Position numbers and translations under genes: made by a program. Source: an uncultured Eubacteriales bacterium (GTDB taxonomy: Bacteria > Bacillota > Clostridia > Peptostreptococcales > Anaerovoracaceae). From it: a stretch of 64,000 nucleotides of DNA. The notes under the pieces were generated by a model. That model had not been told where the DNA came from and made no database searches. It saw only the letters and a program-made list of their open reading frames with translations. Below are positions 31,701-36,500 of this stretch, in pieces; the stretch's first letter is position 1, and every line of letters begins with the position of its first letter. Location: assembly GCA_902776725.1 (NCBI GenBank), contig CACYQX010000002.1:34400-98399 (forward strand). Direction: 5' to 3'.

Positions 31701-31985
31701 ACTGGCGCCACCGGATGTCTCGGAATCCGGTACAGTGTTCACGAGGTCGTCAGCGAATGCAATTTGAGGGATGCTTCCAAGAATCGTTATGAAAGAAAGG
31801 AGTACGACAAGAAGGGCTGCTATAAAGCGACCCCCGTGATGGGTATTCACTTTGCTGCCCGACGTGCCCGAATCAGCTCGCCGGGTCGACGCCCCAGGGC
31901 AGGACGCCTTTCCCCTCTTAAGGATTCTAACCTCTTCCGAAGTTTTCCTTACGACAGTTTTCTCTTGTCCCTTAAAATCTTTCAT
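10749..31985 (-). CDS. giant (~7,078 aa) sortase-anchored surface protein with CnaB-type, FctA/Spy0128-type and SpaA-like Ig domains and C-terminal InlB-B-like repeats
   Basis: Uninterrupted 21-kb ORF; signal peptide (FIAALLVVLL...AFA/D); many V.K.W.D...RP CnaB starts; K.L.GR.W...F.F FctA-type units; PPTGD + TM helix + RRR tail. Start placed at ATG 31985 behind GAAGGGAAG. Confidence 0.88.
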   Translation of the reverse strand: MKDFKGQEKTVVRKTSEEVRILKRGKASCPGASTRRADSGTSGSKVNTHHGGRFIAALLVVLLSFITILGSIPQIAFADDLVNTVPDSETSGGASDFYTDTINTGLGTNGPSSSGVTYYGYGPGYGTYNSVTTSTGKSVYQSQSTASPTSFAAGLPLGTIFIDQSMIPEGGGTTEIVSKNTSIIAGLYVDENNRVLYDGNRAGAIKMVPNKINELKEDLVKVTFSDAAILPNGERADLVITYSNARIVIDERYNAAPDGTKYYEIKRWRVTSHAGLSNKAPTDSSMNMTATGESIDGMPIYKVAGTNKEYAYRKEGNNHRYYSVLYHSAEPVNPQPTGLTTTAETFNYNGKNYTVYTKGTQKFFKPDEAQHYQGAVSLVKGNSFAYGGTDTTDMRDTFPTSSAVVNATVSNPVTGFNNTYTYGNAAGSNNSPVTGLTIDATYQIVNKDGTPAAGTFVFAVCGINLDRDPDVGSGNNTAKPLWYSYDTNFDGQDGTAHSFFSEAMEITGGQASDYVYVRPNTNQEDNPGKITGVKGQYFYPNVSLHNGNIKFIGNQVDANLSGVTGGLGGNDNSYNAGFVTLADAAKGFKVTASGHGSAGASMNSYIFNSQQIWYRYTSTTGPNGNIQITADGNYNKQLTDGSNVLGPGTYVVAEGKTVTYTMTPDVGYKIKTLQIADKNGVMHTVKFDSADIEKMKKGDTVTWTTAAGDDGIKRPIGVDSTGAVIYDDEVLTGTLKYEEDGTYSFVFPYAKHDEKIHVEWQPTTADILVSKIWNDSNDKDGMRAGADGTEEWPKVKLQRSIDGGATWTNVEKNSRDETITPQNVPSGKDENSTSATYGEYLDGTFVQNNDPNKDSTDPNVVKHPYTWQYLPVYTYDSNGKADRMILYRLVEGTQADLDVRTYSGTDPAFTGYKSPEYKDGQSFYLTSEETKATEGWLIYKDSTSGKYYNVRDGEYYEVNDWVASSTPVPESSRPNPDKLEPVSGSEEPKVINGEQVVKNPTNNKEYVVRGTKYYEVFFNQVSANVAFDSSTYSTSDPDYDPTNPKTPDTSTFANALMNGYNTADKGIPYQSVSVKNEHTVSDIEVEITKNWNDDDLYNGAEGKRKANYYQDGATDEIYDIYKEGDNEYVRTGEGTDTDPYVYYEYNNGKVDFSEPVSTPPTNPVAANNSDYDRSDIVFTLRGTIKNASGDDVPVDLDPNSANDYLQITLSKTEANDRVMTSNGKTVYRDATTEKKYVREGSGTDSDPYVYYEVSSTDDKNAGTTGSYSATPVPAGQEPRKEDIKPAYNEAYKTDGYNYGVVFDNLQAYDNGQEITYTVTESLNRANSFTVTGGAVKEEEGGEVTYKLALVGDKYKIVENQEIKGYKGGFINTPIIDDEINSLPVTIKKLDAYTGMPLQGAEFTVYTNYQLKTEVGTSTYKQINGLTLLKDSSDGKFYVRKADGKYYVVTGGTTIASKAADPQPNKANLTKVEETNYKKVTVGGREYTVFTDKQGHRYVKIGSDWREVSANDEVAAEKADPQPNESDLTEIKVAGEVDEIKVITDENGLATINFNRTGTYTIAETNAPAGYTADGTPYQIEVDQNLNKVTYMNPDTDHQTNWWKRIWNLIFGDETIAEEEGVWEQGSDERSGTLTVKDTPLTAHVLVRKVWDDEDDQDGARPTGAEDPETHVVPREEQLPTMTLQYTTKNPNDEDFDPETHWDTAEIFVPAHEDPQNPGTIIPAALVDVDTKDTTYAGGAIHKDNNNAYTWIDLPAYRDGKVVYYRIKETGTILDDEIYKVTKNETVATGDENFNLVDDDNKPINQIVEVTNTHTPQILTIRVVKNWVDNDNSLGHRPGTLKITLYREIDNKEGEEGSIVLDGRGEIPDESAFDKDESGLPLDDTVLVYDLDGDGTEDATEKGAYDAAVAAGEKIIKAGVYEVDVADPNSWEAVFKDLPAFANGAPIKYRLEETLDDTAKVWYVNTYYVNYTDTAGVVQNVKFKDSLVADDIQRTFVDKIETIEVGGTSYDVYIKDGKKYVRTGEGTDPDPYIYYEITGSGTDEDPYGIATEQADPQPTNPTLSEYKQETTEAILRVDNTSKNNLSTRKYWLGGANVNVRFYLYRTIFTQYENKTTGEKISVHDYNQKTEEEQKDYKPVVPAMDEVNSTAAPIKTGTTVTVESKTYDVYNHSNGKKYVNKNETGEGAPEWHELTGDGTTESPYSIDSAVATIKITTWTPYDLDGNGDPQYVNKNDSSVISEAEYNSYVNKNDSTVVSQDEYNALPVADKENYVPAVNRSDYEIKLKSGWERVTEGSGEGQRLFTSSEFDTSLVAPGDMEPELFQNLPQMDGAGNPYEYRIFETTQDGAWTDDRFEAHYGEEIDAAGQRILTVTNINKLMEEGTAKVDVLKDLSGREWDAKYIKNNRENEADKDVFYFWIEPIKSIDETTGEIIEFTDSQEDQDAKAAVPLPGNGEQYGRALNVNTAVGTARAVSFSPILYDATDIDATTKTSTFYYKVYEAKDNQGTIVEEKDDQGITYDADDDDPNTPWKPKVEIMKVVATADANNVVTAEHSWASLKRSEAGAVTGVEWTTQAPVFENVYSSYGEAKAWIEKNIQSRAWEDYANESGDAFQFTITSIAGAMLNTPGAQPNDSYVTNPLVTSGTTDNPQHDLQKLSNSMWAFGVNGNPYTGELLGKKGEAYFIYEITENGSATSDPERDQLGLNGYTVDGLTYDDSRIFAKVKVTDNWDGTLSFDVRYYTDASCKNEITKHTAWIVDKLLIEEYVSKSDPSVKKTVEQYNALSDAEKKNFEAVYNYVSKTDPFAELKTAAEYKAMSDTEKAKYTNRLKRLLTEEERTQANAMKTAGNTAGLTAAGYKEVHIAHFENRETIDIPVKKQWIGGPAIEDVTLHLERHLFPLTDEAGLDGDSAVTFVQDKNELWDPKKYINKTNYDDVISKAVYDGLTPENRANYEECGPFWERLGYVYDVRRGEFLKQNGDPRYDAGSNTTSSLLIENEDGFNKDLPKYVVKNGITYRAVYLLVEDNTSDAYTRSYSPEYSVTKNGVETTGALYVNNQSLAGADAALVVKNTVVATNTANIAAVKQLLGRNWIKDTDDFEFELIPYGVAVYNENDEIVDIDKSEAGKAKVPMPEKNTSLYSDTVIKGYINKNDETTPKTEAEYSALPKVSQGNYKVDPTDNTKYINKEDPDDVITAVEWAALTDGESKQDYVAQKESTTHAKENDGAIVVDPNGNLERLARFGAITYTTSDLEYDKTDRHMQGDFYYIMREKLPEIVTTGANQNYPVEYTVVKNKGTAGETTETKAITNKAMPTLGDGETLKSVKFSNGITYDCDEHKVHVKVRENRTEDLQVQIAYDWTDQADISSGTQFTPVYTNKYEAETEVTVPVNKYIMGRDWVASDNFDFRMIPMAGAPFTDADPTDFPEQNTYSHTERNTQLDAGNAVHNKEGEHVIRVTPDKGTTGDKTGTHDPVSFDFPAIKINISDLNKVITEENRTAPEENKPDFRVYDVTGYNMAEGAEKETHLLPLGTVYGQFMYAIEETKEFNDVNANVVKDLEPDPDTEYARITVYDTGDGELKYYVEIFEDRYGTIPRYIPNATGGESDERATAVTFANKLKRNLKATKAWAGSATEDVTLKLQWSINGTNFYDVDGSDWFPYEIEGTKVIKKGATGKELTVEWENLPAYANISSVVIEEDGSITTDGADDKDLNDKWVYYQVIEEKPTHATVKYNETPYNETSATDVVGNTEKFKDVPFHTGAQFKEGTENEYLKPTDRVTQLYVTNFPEDIPGKANVGVVKQYIGKEWNNEEFEFKITPVKSKLAGDSDYINEGDDRTVKTYVNNDTGVVIGPVEYEGLSDTDKAKYTEHESTEVNHLPEYTGTNGNIATAKKTSNPNDKVSVNEFAANFKELVIKRSDLGHDPDTNLVGGEFIYKITEVLPPGAQKTDEVCGQDSEGNNLYYYVADDGRGNKIKYTTVEHLVKIVVKDDGSGELDVEVSFDDRNSGEYVPVYTNYALTETPIEGEKKWVGGEKATHHNGTVALMNENTEIDPSTEPIDELGLKLQRSTDGENFSDVAEDEAGNKLYIVWAKQTRTPVDTYSYNVTEDTSVDPNKTYYDESTGDAITPEGTENPKGLGWCERTTTTTYKYEYTKQEGEEATATGKGSSGPYTYTIKAKKETKDPQTGVVTNTEYVDPYLDTTDKDGNEYIYRIQEIKVPTNYKERYDPVKPLNVTNIYDVTDNLKVTKTWDDAQGVEGTRPEEVIVHLYKEVIVPAETPGGSATTKTVQVEVDKKTITKQGTETDSWSTGITWEDLPLYDDNGNVIKYFVLEEGIGGYVAKYAVDSTAEADYKAAGDASLKIELDGNSTHAATQAEVDAGLAENVGDTITVTPQTIDIKNSLTPATNTVKVTKVWDDQNNIDGARPTDVTFQLYKYVWDPDANSGKGAYKTTEELVSGTSGTGRPATKADVDADKAAKGDQSTMKVGDIIKIEDLVLDGTAETDEDGSTPSTDDDVDTQANETAPTNTYTWNGEWINLPLTEKGKTILYVVKEVIPTGTDSAYADPGTPGKYSNKPVIIGDQIKGYTVTNEYTPEETTFVGTKSWVDGDTSITHNNSAELMSQLHLYRTTVAPADWDDSTTWTDMGLLSTGVANGDYHVDWTTKTQKDDTFTITGLAKKDGSGKTYYYKIVEAEITGYETTYLNNAATVDALKTKTDALYSGGTVENAAKVGDVEITKKFVDSENNIIPKAVLPAGFKIKVSYVWNNPTSKKFETKTEELTIGDLTADADGNYKWTLERVVAGTKVTAEEVGYDSPTGYSYVSTTTTVNGDDDATHVSENPTYAEFTMPAGAANTTPAVRNYNSGSGGNTKPSIALVNTYNRDKGAIAPIKIWDDDSDAASTRPDSVTFTITATKDGDLNNTYAVIDDGTGTNTKVASINYTMTKTDNSGDEWFINEAGAFEIGDLPTHADDGTQICYVITENTVPTGYQRLYPQADVGGIKIRLNKGDYKYAEITNSYTEFVVTKKWIDVDGTTATPTAVRPPANSPAGNDYKSMVKLYAGSEDVTAANASKLTVTDNGDGTYTLKWTGLPKRTGGDLTKPEIVYSVVENPNPITGYSRGVYSNPDNPNTRANEASETSKALKGGTITNTQLVKVSVVKEWNDNGNHDNQRPEQIKVTLYQNGVPYGSEKTLTKATATVGANAGNDTWTWTDAWTNLPYADANGSVYNYTATETNLGTGTDLWGNLDNEATIRQILLNEWNTNKDTLTFSITNTDAEDKIGFTVDKIWNDASDVDNLRPDTINYRLYQSWEGHAEELVKALPTGATVKTVTNGADPVLASYANGYITIASKKTDETQGTLNRVIFEGLPKFAAGGKEITYTIKEDGDVTNDTVNDTTVNVTIDPIRGYNIGNTDQMPTIGGSQTAGYTVTNSHTPVRVSVSPNAIKQIAGRKFRNGEEFTFKLESTSTDAPMPTPGWVTIKTGLTDILSNTKNIPLGTFTFTGEDMTDKLNAGDTKTFTYKLSEVNGGKTYDDLYYDHSELTLKITVTRKADGTLEIPASGVVWGDGSTGSDTFVNRYGANTILTLRKVWVDDDADGTVLEARPTSVDFTVTAEIATDDGVWADAENKLLLADFTKVNSKKYTKVYTLTTGDAAAQDTEHTWQIDTEELPKMDAAGDAIIYSVSEDQLPNYKEPKLVQKGNLYTITNEYDRITFTGTKVWIDGGKTHDNVTELKDALTVEREETVYVYDGTSYSTRAAAEAQATTDGVDPADFNTVITTDKEWKTVTDANLHIHWNGDGAASGGKYTQSFTVTGLLEKDALGNAYKYRVVEDGTVVQAINPDYVVSYDNSAATDTADQSKTDAIYNGGKVENKLEAEKEITAEKVWVGGDAADHDNSLITSVELWRESTTNGGAEAEAKVAAATVIDNWTATEGDAEFDFGAIDSGTSAFVTGKYDKYDDEGFEYRYFVKNEVLDPSIADMYIPSYEDLTVTNTYKYTEVEVTKKWTGKPEADVTIKLLADGTEVADYTFAVDDLVDGKYTHTFTKKGTNNAGPALLDRFTATGDEVVYTVQEVNGDLYDADIIQTGSGDWVVINTGKYIDIAVRKVWDDKDDHDGLRPDAIEITLLQNGTAYSATGFTNPAVLNEDNNWTYIFKELPRKDTNGDPYVYKVTEGTAPTWLPPTGYTVSYLSEDATDSKTDGTVTTSNEVTITNRHAVATEDVVATKVWDDGVAGSAEMHTDVVLHLYGTNSYGRILYDAGTKKIEMDANHQPLDSNGNPIEVRWTDLPSRHYSNEDLIWVIVEEAVPGYSSKVEEVSPNNFKVTNTYDGPVTKITVEKDWQDNDDVDGKRPTTVSYQLWKKVGDSAAEKVGVAVEAVKTPASPATDATGQLNNWGYQWTNLPTTEEVKTGTENVDRLEVVTRYRNIHDDTNISADEYDVLPASGPTKSDYELKTQVVPVDPPRWINGDGTIELDQTDYEDLTPAEQAEYTPVTEVKPVDPTTYVNKNDGTEKNEAEYNALTEWTKADYEPYDSETSTPEAVDVYETKPVIYYVTEEYTGTDLETNGYEEPVIEALGGGQYKAINTRKRDTKNLEIQKVWNDNDNADGVRPDHVTFKLTTEDGQTYIHAGEKTIANILVGEDNGWKVVIHDVPVNQDGAVNTPVKYIVEELTVPTGYHASYFSEDAAGDKTDGTIGSSKKLTVTNTHTPGETMTIRAIKKWQDSDGTELPSQPHEVKFRLIQVHNDGTIKDMGYEQTIPAGAEGDDLIVIWTGLPETVNHLPVTYTVEEEPIDGYTTIMSDGVVDPEPGIDLEITVTNKKHMITITYKEPAAFNDEILQGPDEIARDQNEPDAPADPVHPGYTFLGWTRVEDASGNVVYTAKYAELVDVVTPCKVTYVDPKAADGSMILKATKYNTSAEADDAAQNKTDKPENPSHENYDFVGWVLNQDQFGDWILVAKYNEKLPEPAPAKKTTSYIDPVSGKLIKSEVTDDPSSVIPPTPSTYGNMQFVEWAEIVDANGNTVFVAKYATDCKNAPPSTPADPPAIAPPTGDENNMMLWIYLAIAALATIMIVLIIRRRNQSR

Positions 31986-32091
31986 TTCTCTTCCCTTCAA
32001 CAGTGAATATAAATGGCGCATTAATTTATATTTCCGGAGAGCTTTGATTTTTTTGCATGCACAAAAAAATCTCAATACTCCCCCACGTTTT

Positions 32092-32120
32092 ATTCTACAA
32101 TGTTACATTTATATATGCAA
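32092..32120 (-). promoter_or_regulatory. sigma-A-type promoter of the giant surface protein gene
   Basis: TTGCAT-17-TAGAAT on the minus strand. Confidence 0.6.
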
Positions 32121-32180
32121 GTAAAATTTTGGGAGGGCCAATATTGAGAAAATGGCTAAAAATAGTGGGGCAGATGGGTT

Positions 32181-32921
32181 TTACTTGGTGCTTCCTAGGA
32201 GTTCTGATCTGAACTTACCGACCATGGCTTTTTCGGCACGCGAAACGGTCATTTGGGAGATTCCAAGCTCGCGCGCAATGTCGGATTGCGAACGATTGTT
32301 CAGGAAGCGCTCTGTGAAGATTTTTCGGTCCTGAGATTTCATTTCCGAGACTACTTTGTTTATGATTTCCATGAGTTCAACGCGGCTATATCCAACCTCC
32401 TCAAAGGCTGTATAGCGCTCAAATAGGGCGTCTCCGTCGTCGCCGGACTCATCAAAGGTCTGGTCGAGAGAGTAGGCGCTATAGGCTTTGGCGCTGTCCA
32501 TAGCCTCGATTATCTGTTCTTCTTCTATGCCGGTCGCTTCGGCTATTTCCTTGACTGTGGGCTGGCGAAGGAGCTTCCCGGCAAGGTCTTCTTTGGCTTC
32601 CTGGACTTTTGCGGCTATTTCCTTGAGTCTGCGGGGAACCTTGAGGCTCCACTGCTTGTCTCTAAAGTATTTTTTTATTTCGCCGAGGATGGTAGGGGTA
32701 GCAAAAGTGCTGAATTCAAAGCCTTTTTCCGGGTCAAAGCGCTCCACGGCGGAAACGAGCGCAAGCGAAGCAACTTGGTAAAGATCGTCGTATTCTACGC
32801 CTTTCCCCAGGTATTTTTTTATTAAAATATCGACCATATAGAGGTGTTTCTCTACAAGTTCGTTCCGTTTTTCGATTGTTGGGTCGTTCCTATAGTCCAG
32901 GAACAGGTCCATGTCTGTCAT
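32181..32921 (-). CDS. sigB: RNA polymerase sigma factor, SigB/SigF/SigG family, most likely SigB
   Basis: YDDLYQVA...RFDPEKG.EFSTFATPTILGEIKKYFRDK.W.LKVPRRLKE and ISQMTVSR; follows an rsbW-like gene close to gyrA. Confidence 0.85.
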   Translation of the reverse strand: MTDMDLFLDYRNDPTIEKRNELVEKHLYMVDILIKKYLGKGVEYDDLYQVASLALVSAVERFDPEKGFEFSTFATPTILGEIKKYFRDKQWSLKVPRRLKEIAAKVQEAKEDLAGKLLRQPTVKEIAEATGIEEEQIIEAMDSAKAYSAYSLDQTFDESGDDGDALFERYTAFEEVGYSRVELMEIINKVVSEMKSQDRKIFTERFLNNRSQSDIARELGISQMTVSRAEKAMVGKFRSELLGSTK

Positions 32922-32939
32922 TTCTTATGTTTCCTCTGT

Positions 32940-32993
32940 CTGCGGGCGTTAAGCTGTGCGCGGCTAAACTGCGGGCGGCTAAGCTGTGCGCGC
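32940..32993. repeat. short tandem repeat (~15-bp units, ABAB) in the rsbW-sigB spacer
   Basis: The minus strand reads GCGCACAGCTTAGCC GCCCGCAGTTTAGCC GCGCACAGCTTAAC GCCCGCAG. Confidence 0.8.
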
Positions 32994-33020
32994 AGAGCTA
33001 TGCTTGGCGCAGGGCGATGC

Positions 33021-33419
33021 CTATGCGCGCTTGACCATGTTTATGAATTTATGGCCGTCTTCGTCGCGACCGACTTTGACGCAGTTCATGAGGGAGCGCA
33101 GCATTACCATGCTTATATCGCCCTCCTGTGGGCAGTTGGCGCATTGTTCGCTCATTTTCTCGAGCGCGTGCTTCTCGCAGGCGTCGATTATTGTGATTTC
33201 TACCACGCCTTGGTCCACGGTGAAGTCTATCTCGTATTTGTCGCTATAACCCTCGTTTCCGTGGCAGCTTACTGTCTTGCAGGCTTCGGTGACGGCTGCC
33301 TTGATGTCGTCCGCCTGTTCCACGTCAAAACCCGCCTCCGACGCAATTGAGCTCGTCGCAAGCCTGATCATGGTCATATACTCCGGCTTTCCCGGAATGG
33401 TGAATTTTAGATTGTCCAT
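33021..33419 (-). CDS. rsbW: RsbW-like anti-sigma factor with degenerate GHKL motifs
   Basis: IPGKPEY...IRL....IA...GF....DDIK.AV.EAC N-terminus and IRSLM..V-type C-terminus; directly upstream of sigB. Confidence 0.8.
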   Translation of the reverse strand: MDNLKFTIPGKPEYMTMIRLATSSIASEAGFDVEQADDIKAAVTEACKTVSCHGNEGYSDKYEIDFTVDQGVVEITIIDACEKHALEKMSEQCANCPQEGDISMVMLRSLMNCVKVGRDEDGHKFINMVKRA

Positions 33420-33460
33420 AGTATCCTCCGTAAGCTAATTATACCACAAGATTTTCACTT

Positions 33461-33510
33461 AAAAAGACGCCTCGCTCGTGTCCTGAGACATGGGCGGGGC
33501 GCCTATTTTT
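33461..33510 (-). terminator. intrinsic terminator after the 2,090-aa gene
   Basis: GC-rich hairpin (GACGCCTCGCTCGTGTC...GACATGGGCGGGGCGCC) flanked by A and T runs. A TGGTATAAT extended -10 for rsbW follows at ~33438-33446. Confidence 0.7.
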
Positions 33511-33532
33511 GCTTGTTTGCGCTTGTTTACGC

Positions 33533-36500
33533 TTATTTACGCCTTACGCTTGTGCGAAGTTTAAGCGCGGCTGCAAGCAGCATGGAGGAGGCGAGGAGCA
33601 TCATCCACTCTGCCATATTGTTGCTGTCGCCGGTCGGCGTAGGAGTTTCCTTCTTGTGGTAGACGATATATTCGTCTTCCAGTTCGACAGGTCCTGTAAT
33701 CGTGAGTTCTCCCGCGATGTCCATGGTTGACCACTCGGGTCCGGCCTCTGCATCAGGGTTCTTAACGGCAGGGAAGGTGTATGGGAGCCATGGACCCCAT
33801 TCCGTAACCTCTCCGGTCTTAGGATCTACCTTGAGGGCCTTACGCGTTAGAAGTCCAACCTGTGTAAGGCTGCTCGTGACCTCTTTTCCGTCCTTTGTTT
33901 CGTAGGTGAACTTGATTACGCGCGTCACCGTGGTTGCATCAATCGGATCAATTACATGCGGTGTGTATGTGACCGTCGCCGGGTTGCCCTGCTTGTCCAC
34001 ACACTCTATATCTATCGGTGTCGGGTCGCCAACAAAGTCCGCCTCCGGCGTAAAGGTAATCGAGCCGTCATCATTAAGCACGTATTTTCCTTCGCCCGGA
34101 ATTGTGACCGTCTTTCCGTCGTCGCTTATGGTTGAACCCGCCTTGGACGGCTTAACAAGCTTTGTCGGTTTAACGGGGTTGTTTGGATTCACCTTATAGT
34201 TCGGCATTCCCGTCTGAGGCTCGCCCCTGAGGCCATATGTCTCATCGCCGTCCGCAGCGCCTTCACCGGGCGTATGCTTGTTGGTGATGGTGAGTACGTA
34301 TTCGTCCTTTTCCGGATCGAGCTTAATCGCGGAATTGTCCTTATCATAGCTTACGGTATATCCGGCAGGAACCTTTCCTTCTTCAACGGAATAGGTTATT
34401 TCCTTTAGCTTTTCGGTCTTAATATCAAACTCGTAAACCGGAAGCTTCTCAGAAGCTGTCCATGTGCTTCCCTTGAGTTCAAGGTCTATAGGATCAAAGT
34501 CGCCCTCATCGCTTGTGATTGTTATGGTAAGTGACTCCGGTCTGATCTTATCCTGATCGTCGGCGTCGTCCCATTCCTTGACAACCTTTAGGTCCACATA
34601 CTTCTGCTCAAAGCGATAGTTGATAAATATCGGAGCTCCCTTTACTTCTTCGCCGTGTTCATTCACCTTGAAGTGATGTCTTGATGGATTGTATCCTTCA
34701 ACGTCGCTCATAGTAACTTCCTTGGCGCTGCCATCCTTTTCGCTGATATAATAGCAGGCCTTGTGGTCATCCTCGTGACCTTCTACATCAAGCGTCTCAA
34801 GGTCCGGCGTGAACAGTGAGTTGTCTTCAACCTTATATGCTTTGCCATCCTTCTCGTAGAACTTGACGCCATTGAAATCTTTATAGACATCGTAGTCCGT
34901 GCCGCCGATGTTAACCGTCTCTCCGGTCTCTGTGGCTTCGCCCTGGATGACCTTGACGGTAATCTTACGCGTATGGTGAACGCCGTCATATACTATTTCC
35001 TGGGCGTCGCCGATTACGGAGTGGGTACCGTCTTCGTTGTTGACCAGAATCTCATCGTCGGTCAGCGTTTTACCCTTTGCTATTCCTTCCTCTGTACCCG
35101 GAATGAGTTCGTAGATTTCATACTCAAAGTCAACACCCTTATCTGAATGGAGGTCGTCCTCGTCTATGCCGGCCTCAAGAAGTTTCTTGTAGTTGAATAC
35201 TATTCCGTCAGAAGGATCTGTCGGATCGTTTTCAAATTCTATATCTCCGTCATTCTCGTTGGTCTTATAGTATTTACGATCGACGCCCGTTCCTTCCGTT
35301 CCTACCGGCATCGGTGCTATCGCGGCGTTGTCTCCGGTAGGCTTCAGAACAAAGGTGAATTCTCCGCCCGTAAGCGTTATCTCCTCTTCCTTGTTAACAT
35401 CGTAGAAATCCTTAACCGCTTCCATCTTATAGTCGGTTTCGTCTGCTTCATAAATGTTGGTGAAGCTTGAAATCGTTACGGCGTCACCGTTGTTGTCTGT
35501 ATATGTTGCCGTTGCAACAAGCTTTGGATTGTCCGGATCAGTATCGTCCAGAACAACCGTAACCTCTACGTCATATTTCTCCGTATCATAGGTTACGCCC
35601 GGAACAGCATCAACGCCTGACTCTGCCGGCGTGAGCTCGCGAACGTGATACGTGTAGGTTTTACCGGCATCTGCAGGTTTATAAGTAATGGCATCAAATT
35701 TATCCTTGTAACCGATTATTCTATCGGCATCATTCTTAACCGCAGTGTCATCGCTGCTTATTACAACCTCGGATACCTTTTCGCCGGCTCCTATTGTGGT
35801 TGTGTTTGTCGGCATTGGTGCGTCTGCACTAACAAGAACGAGTCCTGCGGCAAATTCGTCGCTGTCCTTCCATTTACGTCCCTGCAGAATCTTCTGCACC
35901 GGAATCTCCAAAGTGGTCTCGAGTTTTTTATTCTTGATTTTGATGTCGGAAAGTGAAATTGGATTCGGGGCGGATACCTCGTTTCCATTTTCGTCATACC
36001 ACTTGTCCGCAGCTATATCTACGAGGCTTCCGTTTGTACAGTCAACGCATGCCTTGTCGTGATGCCAGTAGGTCTTGTCCGGCGTAACGCCTGTACCCGG
36101 CGTTTTGTCAACATAGATTTCCGCCTTTATTCCGCGAATCATCTCTGTCTCGTTCTTTGGCGGAGTGATTACTACCGTAATCGTATGCTCGGTTGCGTCA
36201 TAGATGATGCTGTCCTTTGCCTTGTATGTGCTTCCGCTCTCGCCCGTTACGTCAGTTGCGTCGGTCGGAACTTTTTCATAAACCTTGTAGGTGTATGTAA
36301 ATACATTATGCTCGTTGGTGGTAGTGTCCGTTCCCGGATAATAACCGTCCTCTACGCTTGGCTTGAACTCCATCGCATCAAAGGTTACTTTTCCGGATGC
36401 ATCATTCTTCTTGGTTTGGTTGTTGTTTGTTGGGCTCGGAGCCGCGGTTGATGTGCTTGACTCCTTGCTTACTTCTTCTAATACAAACTCAAACTGATCG

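Noticed and set aside
31986-32075. ORF-track 5' extension of the giant ORF (likewise the extensions of ord, rpsF, rubredoxin, yidD and ftsB)
   Set aside because: The upstream starts lack an RBS or overlap promoters or neighbouring genes; the downstream ATGs fit the known N-termini or have an RBS.
32940-32993. Repeat considered as a mini-CRISPR array
   Set aside because: The units are contiguous 15-mers with no spacers, and no cas genes are in the window.
32181-33419. Sporulation spoIIAB-sigF
   Set aside because: The sequence (FATPTILGEIK.YFRD..W...VPRR), the position near gyrA and a SigB-type promoter favour SigB; no spoIIAA or spoVA neighbours are present.
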